NCBI GenBank assembly: GCA_043228905.1
Contig: JBHGNT010000014.1
Location: forward strand, 10,664,001 to 10,728,000
Origin: Azolla caroliniana
Taxonomy: Eukaryota > Plantae > Polypodiophyta
DNA: 64,000 bases
Direction of reading: 5' to 3'
Below the pieces are notes generated by a model. That model had not been told where the DNA came from. It saw nothing but the letters and a program-made list of their open reading frames with translations, and did not search any database. The translations under genes and the position numbers were made by a program. Within the stretch, counting starts at the first letter, position 1, and every line of letters starts with the position of its first letter. Positions 1 through 11,394 of this stretch are shown here, in pieces.

Positions 1-363
1 TCACGGGAAGACAATCATTAGTGGAAATATCTTATCTCCTTTCTGCATTGCGTCCACAGGATTAAAGCCTTGTTTCCAAGGCATCACAAATGCATGGGCA
101 CACCTTACATCAAGCGGACTATGCTCCAACATCATGCCTACTGATTCGAGCATATCCAATTCCATATGATAAAATCCTCTTCCCATAAATTGAACATCCC
201 TTATCATACCAATTAATCCCTGCAAAGAGGCTTGTAAGAGATCTTTGCACTCACCTTTGTTCGGCCGAGCTCCCACCACTCTATAGATCAGGGAGAGTTG
301 GGTTAGACGATAAACCTCCAACCTTAATTTAGCCTCCTCTTCGAGCGAGAATACAATCGACAA
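1..363 (-). mobile_element. LINE (L1-like) ORF1 fragment, DUF4283-like; continues off the window edge
   Basis: ORF ..VQFMGRGFYHMEL..SPLDV..AFVMPWKQGFNP.. resembles the DUF4283 region of plant LINE ORF1; recognised by eye only. Confidence 0.55.
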
Positions 364-632
364 AGGCCACTCCCCTGTTGTGTCATTGACGTGGTTCTCT
401 GTGGTGCACTCTCTCTTCCTTGTTCTTCCATCCTTTGTTACGTGGCAGGTTTGTTTCTCTCTTTTCCCTGCAACCTTAATCGTTAAAATACCGCATATAA
501 GATTACATGAAATATTTATCCACTATTATGAAATGTCATCACATCACACATGTTAATGCATAATCACTCAGTGCCATGCTTGAAGGAATGGTAAATGGCG
601 AGCATGCATGCCAAGTGAACGTGCATGTGTCT

Positions 633-1164
633 TGATGAGGATACTACCGGCCACAACTGGTTGATACACGTGTGTACGCGGGTGTAAAGATCGAAATGAC
701 AGAAAACAGAAGATGGAAATGAAACTATAGAGACACAAGTATTTTTAACATGGAAACCCCTGATAGGGAAAAACCACATGAGTCCACAAACTCCAAGAAT
801 TCAATGTATGAGAAAAGTTATACAACAAGAAGCTACAAGACAATGACCTTGAGTTCTTCTTCCTCAAACCAACGGATATAGAGGAGTTACACTCTCTCCC
901 TCTCACTATCTTCTCACACTGTGATCCATTGTTACAACAACTAAGTGTATTTATAATTTATACTTATACATTGTATGGGCTATTTACAAATGTGGCTTGT
1001 AGTCAGGGTATCAAAAACATATTTATAGATATGTCCTCTTCCGGATTCATCTATGGATCCGACTGGATGCCTTTCAGCCGATCTGTCTCCGGATCCGGTC
1101 TCTCATCTAAATCCATCTGAACCAACTCATGCTCTTCCCATCTGGAGGGACTTGTTTCCTAACA
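633..1164 (-). repeat. 3' LTR of copia A
   Basis: TG..CA termini (minus strand TGTTAGGAAAC...CCTCATCA), adjacent to PPT GAAGGGGGAGTT; aligns to 31475-32043. Confidence 0.85.
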
Positions 1165-1176
1165 AACTCCCCCTTC

Positions 1177-1963
1177 ATTCCGGTATGGGGTGCTTCGTCA
1201 GTCTAACCCTTTGCCAGCATGCATTCAGCTTCTCTGTCGACAACACCTTCGTCAACATATCCGATCCGTTTTCCTCTGTGTGGATCTTCAAAAGAGAAAA
1301 CTCATTTTCTTCTACCTTCTCCTAGAGCCAGTGGTATCTCCTCTGGATAAGCTTAGTCCTCAAGTGGTAGGCGGCATTCTTCGCAAGGTGGCCGGCACTT
1401 TGGTTGTCACAATAGAGTCGGAATTCCTTCTACCACATCCCCAACTCTTCGATGAACTCCTACAATAGCCATGTACAATAGCCATGTACTCGGCTTCTAC
1501 AATAGCCATGTACTTGGCTTCTGTGGTTGACAACGACACGGCCTTCTACAGCCTCGACTGCCACGAGACGACTCCCCAGGCATAATTCATTACGTATCTG
1601 AATGTGAACAGGTTGGTATCCACGTCAGCTGACATGTTTGAATCAATAAAAACCTTCTAATATAGGGTCACCTGAGCCAAATCAGAGGCACACGCTCGAC
1701 GTGCCTTTCAGGTACCCGAGTATCCACTTGTCTACAGCCTAATGCACTCTGCTCGGATTGCTCACAAACCCGCTGGCAGCTTCGATCGCGTCTCTAATGT
1801 ACGGCCTAATATATACCATCGCGTACATCAGGCTTCATCATCTCAGACTTCTCCATCTTCGTCTTCAAACATTGTCTCCCAGATAGATTCTTGTTAGTTG
1901 GTAGTGTCAAGCTGACAGGCTTTGTGCTTTCCATGTTGAACCTCTGGATCCCCTTTGTCACAT
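1177..1963 (-). pseudogene. Degenerate copia A RT C-terminus and RNase H
   Basis: Fragments such as QRFNMESTKPV are homologous to the copia B RT/RNase H at 28750-29565; frameshifted, with deletions. Confidence 0.75.
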
Positions 1964-2083
1964 TGTCATGATGTGGCCTGCTCGAGAGTGGGAAAAACTG
2001 GCGAAAGGGGGGGGTCAAAAATGTGCATGTGCAATGTGTGTGCACACAAAAGCGATTAATTGTGCATATGCAAAATAAAAAGG

Positions 2084-5000
2084 TGTTGAGAGACAAGCTC
2101 AACATCGGCCGGTTCGGCTGAAGAAGCCGAGGACCGGATCGGTTGGGACCGATCGGTTAGGCCAAGTGCGTAAACCGGGAGGTTGTTAGGAAAGATATTC
2201 CGTGAGGAATATATTTGGGAGTTAGTGTAGGAGCTCTTGATGAGCATTGAAGTACTGTCAGTACTTCGGTCAGTCCTTCTAGGACTTGTATAAAAGTGTT
2301 CACTGAGCACGTCTTATGTACAGACTGAGTATTATTGTTAAATATAGTTTCTTTGTGTCTTCTCTCTCACTCTCTCTGTCTCTCTCGCGTATACCGTTTA
2401 AGCTCAAGCTCTCCATTGAACCTGAGTTTCCTTCCTTCTGTTCGGTCTTCATACTTGCTTCCGCACGTTACCTTTTCATGGTATCAGAGCGCGAGGGTTG
2501 AGAACCTCTCTGCAGCCGACACAACTTGACGAAGAAGAACGAGAAGAATGATGGATAGAGGCATGGCGAGCTCGCTTCCAACAGAGAAGCTCGACAGAAC
2601 CAACTACGCGTCTTGGTCCTACAAGATGCACCAGTACCTGCTCGGGCATGACTACTGGAGTTATGTCGAAGGAGCTAATGACGCGGCACCCGAATCGACA
2701 CACAAAGACTTCCCGTCGTGGGAGCAATCGGCGAGCAGGGTATTATACTGCTTCGCGTCGTGTGTGGGCGAACAGCTATTGAGCTATGTTCGGGATGCAA
2801 AGACGCCGAATGGTGCGTGGGAAAATCTGAAGAAGATCTTCGCCGCGAGCACCATAGCCAGGAAGCTTCATCTCCGACAGGAGTTGAGCAACCTACGAGA
2901 ACGCGACTTGTCTGTGGCGGACTATACCTCGAAGATCAAGGACATCTGCGACTCCCTCACCTCCATAGAGGTGAACATTGAGGAGAGCGAGATGGTCCAG
3001 ATCTGTCTCGGAGGTTTGGCGTTGAAGTTCGGAGCGTTCCGAACGGCTGTGTGTACTTGGGAGAATACGCCGTCCTTTTTCGACTTACAGTCGATGCTCC
3101 TGGTAGAGGAGAACCACGCGGGTGCGTCTACAAGCACGCACACCGACAACAGAATGTTGTACACGGAGGGAGATAGGCCCCATGGACGTGGAGGACGAGG
3201 CGAGTCGGCACGCAATGGAGGCGGCCGACGAGATCAAGAAAGAAGGCACCGAAGTGATGCTGACAGCAACTCCGGACCCTCCGGAAACAGGGGGAGTCGA
3301 AGCGATGAGAACCGGCAAGGGAAGTCCATCGCGGAGTGCTGGTACTGTGGCAAGAAAAGCCACAAGGAAAGTGAGTGCTGGAAGAAGCGCGCCGATTCGG
3401 AGAGAACTGGTTCCGGGAACGGCTCCAGACATACCGACAAGCGAAATCGGCAGCGATCGCACTACGCCGAAGACTCCGGGAGAGCCGGAGAAGGGACTCC
3501 CTTCGTGACGAGACACGAAGCAAACTCAATGAAGCAGACCACCCCGAGATTGGACGAGGTGTGGTACGTAGACTCCGGCGCATCAAACCACATGACGAGC
3601 CATAAGGAGTGGTTCTCGTACCTTAAAAAACCGATACAACCTGGAGTAGTCGCAATAGGAGACGACACTTCGCATCCGATCGCGAATGTCGGAGAAGTTC
3701 CCCTTAGCCACGTCAGGCAGAAAGGGAAACTCATGAATGTGCTGCACGTCCCAACAATCACGAAAAACTTGGTCTCGGTCGGACAGATCGTCGACCAAGG
3801 GATGGAGGTTCGGTTTACACACCTCGGGTGCTTCATTGAGGAAGAAGGCCGTGTGATTGCGCAAGGGCGCAGAGACGGGAGGATGTTCATCCTCGATTCC
3901 ACTGATGGCGGCACCGCACTGTTCGCAAAGGGACAAAAAGCCGAGTCGGACATCGACTTGTGGCACAAGCGGATAGGCCACGTCAACTACCAGCGGCTTC
4001 AAGATCTGCAATCGAAACAGGTAGTGTTCGGATTGCCCAAGTTTAGTGGCCGAAAGGCACAAATTTGTGAAGCCTGCCAGCTCGGGAAGCAACACCGACT
4101 TCCTTTCCCCAACAAGCGAAACCGGAGCTAGAACAAGCTCGACCTTATACACTCGGATGTGTGGGGGCCGGCACAAAACGTTAGTCTTGGCGGGAGCCGA
4201 TATTTCGTCTCCTTCATCGACGACCACACGCGGCACACGTGGATCTACCTCATTGAGAGGAAGAGCGAAGTCTTCGACTGTTTCTGGGACCTCAAAGGGT
4301 TCGTGGAAACCGAAACGGGACGAAAGATCAAGTGCCTGCGGTCGGATGGCGGGAAAGAGTACTTTTCCGGTCAATTCAACGGTTACCTACAACAAATGGG
4401 AATTCGCCGCGAATTCAGTTGTAGATACACGCCAGAGCAGAACGGCGTGGCCAAGAGAAAGAATCGGTCAGTTGTGGAAGCGGCACGGGCAATGCTGGAG
4501 GAGAAGAGCTTGCCCAAGTTCTATTGGGCCGAGGCGGTAAGGACCGCGGTATACATCCAGAACCAGATCGGAGACAAAGTGTCGGCGCACGAGCTATATT
4601 TCGGAACGAAGCCGAACTTGCGACACTTGAGGGTGTTCGGTAGCATTGCGTATGTGCATATACCGAAGGAGAAAAGGAGGAAGTTGGACGCAAAGGCCGA
4701 GAAATGCATCTTGGTCGATTACTCGGACGAGCAGAAGGGTTATAAGTGCTATAACCCTCGCACCAAACAAGCGCATGTCAGCCGCGACGTTGTGTTTGAC
4801 GAGTCCGCGTCCTGGTACCTGCCCCCGACTACGAACCTCGACTCCCATCCGAGCTCTGACGATGAGGTCAGCGAGGCCAAGATGCCTCCGGATGAGCCCG
4901 AAATCGAGACCCGCGAAGAGAGTCCGATTTCACTCCGGTTAAGTGGACCGATTGGACGACTGAGTCGGTACGACCAGTCCGATGAAGACCCGGCGAGTGG

Positions 5001-7767
5001 TGGAGACTCGGCCGTGCATTCCCCGCGCAGGAAGACGAGGAGACGGCTTACGCGCAAAGAGAAAGGGAAGAAGAAGGTGTCAGATTCCGGCACGGAAAGG
5101 AACGAGTCAGACCGACGCGAGTCCGACTCCGAGGGAACCGGTGACAGGTCTTTAAAGATGAAGACCGCAACGACCGCGAAGGCCTCGACATCGGCTAATG
5201 TGAGATTACGTCGATCTACTCGCCAAAAGAACCCAGTTGTGCGGTTCGGATACAACGAGTACATGGCGCATCATTATGCGTACATGACCCGTGTAGCGGA
5301 AGTGCGTGAGCCGGAGAGCTACGTAGAAATGGCTAAAGATGCGAATTGGCGTGCCGCGATGGAGGAAGAGATGCACGCATTGGCAGAGAACGAGACCTGG
5401 GACCTAGTTGACGCACCAAGAGGGGTAAAACCAATCAGGTGTAGGTGGGTGTACAAGGTCAAATACAACACCGATGGCTCGGTCAACCGATACAAGGCTC
5501 GGCTAGTGGCAAAGGGCTACGCGCAGAAACACGACATCGACTACGATGAGACGTTTGCGCCGGTCGCGAAAATGACTACCGTCCGTGTTTTGCTCGGAGT
5601 AGCTGCGGTGATAAGGGTGGCACTTACATCAGATGGATGTAAAGAATGCGTTCCTGCAAGTTGACCTTGAGGAACAGGTGTACATGGTACAGCCCCCCGG
5701 ATTTCACTCTGGAACGAGCTCCTCGGTAGTATGCCGACTGAAGAAGTCCCTTTACGGACTGAAGCAAGCCCCGCGTGCCTAGAACGCGAAGATCACGCAA
5801 CAACTACGTCGAATGGGCTTCGTCATGTCAAAATCGGACTCTTCCCTGTTCATCCGGAAAGGTCGACTCGGACCGGTTAGTATTCTACTATATGTTGATG
5901 ACTGGGTTATCACCGGCGCTGACCTAGGTGAAATCGACCGCGTGAAGCTCCAACTTGCGGCATTGTTCGACATGAAGGATCTGGGGGACCTTCATTACTT
6001 CCTCAGGATCAAAGTGGTCCGTACCCCCGAAGGCATATTGATCAGCCAACGTCATTACGTGCTAAGTATGCTCTTCAAATTCGGGATGGCCGACTGTAAG
6101 TCCGTCTCGACTCCTCTGGACAGAACCGTTAAGCTTCGTCCTGATACGGGAAAGGTATGCGACCCGATGAGGTTCCGACAAATTGTCGGAAGCCTCATAT
6201 ACCTGACCATCACCCGACCCGGCCTCAGTTATCCGGTCGGGGTGATTAGTCAGTTCATGGCGCGACCTACCGAGGAGCACCTTCAGTGTGCGCAACACAT
6301 ACTTCAGTATGTCAACGGCACTAAGGACCGGGGACTGCTATATGGGACCGGTGCAGCCGCGCAGTTAGTCGGCTACACCGATGTTGATTGGGTTGGCAAC
6401 GCCGCCGATCGCCGATCCACGTCCGGATACGCGTTCTCCCTCGTTAGTGCCGCGATCGCGTGGAGCAGTAAGAAGCAGCCGACAGTTGCACTGTCGAGCA
6501 CCGAAGCGGAGTACCGAGGAGCGGCTGTCGCGACATGCGAAGCCATATGGTTGAAGCGGCTACTTAAGGACCTGCAAGAGGAGGTGTCCAATCCGACGAC
6601 GATCTACTGCGACAACCTCAGCAGTATCCAGCTCGCGAAAAACCCTGTTTTCCACGCACGGACCAAGCACATTGAGGTGCACTACCATTTCGTCCGTGAG
6701 CGTGTCCTTTTCGGTGAAGTCGAACTTCAGTACGTTCCGACGGATCGGCAGGCTGCCGACATCTTCACCAAGCCTCTTGGTCTGGACAAGTTGCGACAAT
6801 TCTCAGGTGCGCTCGGATTGCATCACCTTGACGTGCCGAACTTGAGGGGGAGAACAGTCCCGAACGACCAAGCAAGGCAGTAGGAAAGGAGCGGAGACCG
6901 CGACACCGAGTCGGTTGACAAGTTCGACTTCGGATCGGCTGAAGAAGCCGAGGGCGGACCCGCGGAAAAGTTCGGAAGCAGACAGAAGGGGAGCAACCGA
7001 AGGAGGGAGCCGAAGCCAACCACGCATGAGGAAGATGACGCCATCGAGGGCGAGAAGACCGAAGATGAGTTGGAGACAACCAACTCCGACGAGAGCGAAA
7101 ATCGATTGGAGGTAGCCAAGTCAGTTCGGATGTTTGATTTAGACACGTTGAATCAACTGAGGCCCAAGCGGAAGAAAAGGCAACAGAAGAAGTGTCGACA
7201 CCGCAACAGCAGAAGAGCTGATAAGGGCCGCATGAGCAGACAAGCCGACCGGAAGGGTCGAAGCGCGCGGAGTCGAACAGGTCGAGGAGCGCAAGTGAGG
7301 CGTGAAGCGAGGAGGAACCGGAGCTGTGAGCCGGAGGATCCCGAAGAGCCTCGAGTTGAGCTTGAGGGGGAGTGTTGAGAGACAAGCTCAACATCGGCCG
7401 GTTCGGCTGAAGAAGCCGAGGACCGGATCAGTTGGGACCGATCGGTTAGGCCGAGTGCGTAAATCGGGAGGTTGTTAGGAAAGATATTCCGTGAGGAATA
7501 TATTTGGGAGTTAGTGTAGGAGCTCTTGATGAGCATTGAAGTACTGTCAGTACTTCGGTCAGTCCTTCTAGGACTTGTATAAAAGTGTTCACTGAGCACG
7601 TCTTATGTACAAACTGAGTATTATTGTTGAATATAGTTTCTTTGTGTCTTCTCTCTCACTCTCTCTGTCTCTCCCGCGTATACCGTTTAAGCTCAAGCTC
7701 TCCATTGAACCTGAGTTTCCTTGCTTCTGTTCGGTCTTCATACTTGCTTCCGCACGTTACCTTTTCA
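2084..7767 (+). mobile_element. Copia E: young full-length Ty1/copia inserted in the LTR of gypsy D
   Basis: 395-bp LTRs at 2084-2478 and 7373-7767 with about 7 mismatches by eye; perfect TSD AAAGG; PBS-Met TGGTATCAGAGC at 2479-2490; PPT at 7361-7372. Confidence 0.97.
2548..6883 (+). pseudogene. Copia E gag-pol polyprotein (Gag, zinc knuckle, PR, IN, RT, RH), disrupted
   Basis: CWYCGKKSHKESEC knuckle, WYVDSGAS protease, LWHKRIGH..CEAC, IDD/SDGGKEY/PEQNG integrase, LYVDD RT, YCDN..TKHIEV RNase H; stops at 4129-4131 and about 5780, frameshift near 5610. Confidence 0.93.
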
Positions 7768-7896
7768 AAAGGAAAAGAAAGGGTGAAAAGGAGGTCTAGA
7801 AACTCGTGCAAAAAGTAAGACAGAGGAGAGATAAAAGGTAGAGGGGAGACAGGCTATATATTTATAGAGATAGAATTATATATTATATAGGAGAGA

Positions 7897-7960
7897 GTTT
7901 GTGGGCTAGTGGATAGTCACATTGTCTACTAGCTAGAGGTGCACGGTTCGAATTTGGACT
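7897..7960 (+). promoter_or_regulatory. tRNA-like Pol III A-box/B-box module in the gypsy D LTR
   Basis: TGGGCTAGTGG (7902-7912) and GGTTCGAATTT (7945-7955), start-to-start spacing 43 nt. Confidence 0.55.
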
Positions 7961-8534
7961 TATAGTGCAACGTGATTTAAGGAATTTTATTCCTTTTTCA
8001 TTGAAGACAAATTTGGCGACCCCCTCTTCTTTTTTTTCCCATAAAAGGAGGTCAAGGGGGGCTCATTCGGGAGGACGTTTTGGGAGGAGGAGACTATCGC
8101 CAATTTTCCTTCGAAGCTCTTCATCTTCTTATTCACCACTTCTTTTAATCTTATACCCCTTTATCCCCCCATCGCCACGTGCTCATCTTCTTCGCATCGA
8201 CACTCGAAGTGCTCGTGAGCCCAAGCTTTGTTGGTTCGACATTGCTCCGCCCCGTTCGTCGTTGCGAGCCCGTGTGCTCGCGCGTTCAGGTGGTCGTGGT
8301 TCGCTGGTATTGGCATTTTTGGTGGTGCTCGTGTGTTCATCTTCACCGTGCTCGGATTTGCCTTTGTCTCGAAGGGCATTTAATATTTATGTTTTGATTG
8401 AGCTTGTCGTTAACTATAAGTTGCCATTGTAAACAAAACCCTATTTTATAAAGGGTCCTCTTGCGTTGGAATCGAACACGTATTTATCTCTTTGGTCGAT
8501 ATCATTCGTGTTTCTTTCTCTCCTTCTTTCTTTA

Positions 8535-8892
8535 TTTGTGTCTTTCCTGTACGTTCAGTCGTCTTGTGACGAGGGGACCGTTCGGGCTTGCCCATGCACC
8601 TCTCCTCCTCATAAAGACGTACGAGAATTTGTGTGTGTGTTTGTGTCTTCCGTGTACATTCCGCCGTCTTGTGACGAGGGACCATTTCGGGCTTGCCCAT
8701 GCACCTCTCCTCCTCATAAAGGCGTACGAGCATTTTTTGCGTGTGTTTGTGTCTTTCTTGTACGTTCGGCCGTCTCATGACGAGGGGACCGTTCGGGCTT
8801 ACCCATGCACCTCTCCTCCTCATAAAGGCGTACAAGCATTTGTGTGTGTGTTTGTGTCTTCCTTGTACGTTCGACCGTCTTGTGACGAGGGA
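8535..8892 (+). repeat. About 105-bp tandem repeat (about 3.4 copies) within the gypsy D LTR
   Basis: Unit TTTGTGTCTT..GTGACGAGGGGACCGTTCGGGCTTGCCCATGCACCTCTCCTCCTCATAAAG recurs at about 8535, 8640, 8747 and 8851. Confidence 0.9.
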
Positions 8893-9270
8893 GGCTCGTG
8901 CTGCTCTGAGGAATGCCCGAGTGCTTCCGGCAGCACCTCCAACCTACTCCTTCCTTTCTGTGCGTTTACGAACAGGTATCGGCATCTGTTCGCCGGCCTG
9001 TTCGGTTGTAACCGACTTCATGTTTTGTTGTCTGTCTTTGTTAATACATACATACATTCGTGTCTCTCTGTGTCGCTGTCCCACTCACGTCTTTGTGTCG
9101 AAGGGCCGTGTCCCTGTGAATCTACTCTCGCACGTAGTGGGTCTCTTTTCTTTTCTCTCTTTCTCTTCGGTACAGGAACCCCGAGGTCCCGCCTCATTCC
9201 ACGCATCCGCGAGGAATACCTCGACATATTTGGTGAACCCAACGTGAAAGAGGCGGCAGAAGAGCAGAAG

Positions 9271-11394
9271 ATGAAAGGGTCGGATCTTGCAGAGGCCATG
9301 GCTTCGGCCGTGGATCGGATACTGAGCGCACGCGAGGGCTCCGACGCCCTCAACAGAGCCATTGAGGTGGTCGTCGGTACGATCGGCCGGTTCAGCGGAA
9401 AGGATGCCACGAAGTATTTGGCGTCCTACGGGGCAGATATGCTGATGTGGGACATTCCGGAAGAGAGGCGTCTTGCCAGGTTTCCTCGAGTGGCGATGCC
9501 GAGCATCCATGCGGAGGTGCTCGAGGTGCGGGCGGAGAGCCGTACCTAGGAGGAGTTCGAAGGCCGACTCCTAGAAAAATACGGGTTGGACGACGTGCTC
9601 CGGCTTTCGAAACGAGACTTCATGGAATGGGTGGAGTCCCCCGGCAAGGGAAGAAACGCGTCGGCACTCCTCCGGGAGTTCGAAGAACGCTTTGCGCGCC
9701 TTTCGGCGCTTGACCGAACCATTCTAGATACGAGCCGGGTCCTACTGTTCGTCAAGTCGGTGGACGAGCAGGACCGGGATCAAGTCGGCTCCTTGCTGGA
9801 AACCGAAGACGGGCTGACGACCGACTGGGCAGCGGTTAAGAGAGTCTGTGGCCGTTTCGACAAACGGCGAGAATGGGCTGATAACGGGGCGGCCGGTGCG
9901 GGGTCTGTCACAGCAAGGAGGCTTGAACCGGCACCGCAAGGGCGAAGGGAAGAAACCCGGGAATGGCTCGAAACCGGCCCGGCTTCGACCGGCATGGTCA
10001 GTGGCTCGTCCGGAGGAGCAGTGCTGGAGGAGTTGACGCGGGCGATAAAGGATCTCCAAATCGCCCAGACTCAAAGGGAAGGCGGCGAACCGGCTTGTGA
10101 CCAATGGCCGGCAGTTGGGAACAGGTGCATGTGGTGGGACGAGGTCGGCCACATCCCGAAGGACTGCGGCGATTTCGCAGAAGCGTTGAGGAATCGGGTG
10201 GTGTACCTATGGGAAGGCCGGGTGCACGCCGGCGACACCAGAAGGGCCCTAAACCGAAACGATGGACGAGGAGGTATGAAGAGACTGATGGAAGAGGCAG
10301 CGGCCCAACACGTGGAGGCCATCCACTACTCGGCGTCGGCCGGCATTCGGGTCGGGGGCAGCGAGGCCCGAAAGGAGGGCAAAGACGGATTCTGGTCGGC
10401 AATGCTGGAAGGTCTTGCCGGCGCACGGTTGAAGAAGGATCAAACGGACCGCGCTGAGAGACTGGTCCGGGAAATAACCGGGTGGAGCGATCCGGTCGAG
10501 GAGAAGACGGGCTTCGTAGAAGTCGCCTGCCAGAACTACGAGGCTCTGGTAGAAGACAAACGAGTGGGGAAAGCCGGAGCGACCGGGCCTTCACAACGGT
10601 ACGAGACCCAATTCGGGCAACGACGGAACGATGCCGGCGGACCCAGCTCGCAAGATAACCCCAGGAAGGGCGGATACCGACTAGGGACGGAAATAGAAAG
10701 GACTACGGACCTACGGACGGTCCTAGAGGAACGGATCCTCGACAGCAAAGTGGAGCTGTCATTGCGGGAGGTGCTATGGATCGCCAAGGAGTTCCACGAC
10801 TCCATTGTGGACCTGGTGAAACGGAAGAGGCTGTCGATGGAGACGGAACCGGAAAGACCGGTGGAGGTGCAGACGACGCACATCGACGACATGGCGCTGG
10901 AAGATGAGTGGGCGGAAAGCCACTATTCAAGGCCGCACTGGGCCCGAGCGACCACGGAGACCCCGGTGAAGATCGGAGATGTTCAGGAACCGGTGGTGGC
11001 ATTGGTGGACCACGGTTCGGAAATAAACCTGATGTCCATGGACTTCTATAGGAAGGGAAAATGGCCGATCAACACCAAGCACGGGTGGAAGATACGGGCG
11101 GCGACGCGCGCCACCGAGGAACTGCATGGGGCCTACCCGAACGTGCGAGTCAAGATCGGCGACGTCGAGATTGACCAGCACTTCTTCGTACAGGAGACGT
11201 CCTCGCACCCGGTCATATTAGGTGAACCATACATCACCGCGGCGCGAATGGAGACCAAGGTGCTGGACAACGGGTCGGCCTACGCGAGGGTCAAAAGCCA
11301 GGACGGGCGCCATTCGGTCCAACTTCTGATGGTGCGGCCGAACCACGAGAGAAACCGCGAATCCCTCGGTGGCGAGAACTGGGAGGATTTTTAG
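9271..11394 (+). pseudogene. Gypsy D Gag-protease ORF with one premature stop
   Basis: ATG at 9271; TAG at 9547-9549 (likely TGG>TAG); degenerate knuckle RCMWWDEVGHIPKDC; aspartic protease ALVDHGSEIN..ILGEPY. Confidence 0.85.

Noticed and set aside
8461-9270. N-terminal part of the 362-aa ORF as a protein
   Set aside because: It runs through LTR tandem repeats upstream of the PBS; only the part from ATG 9271 is Gag
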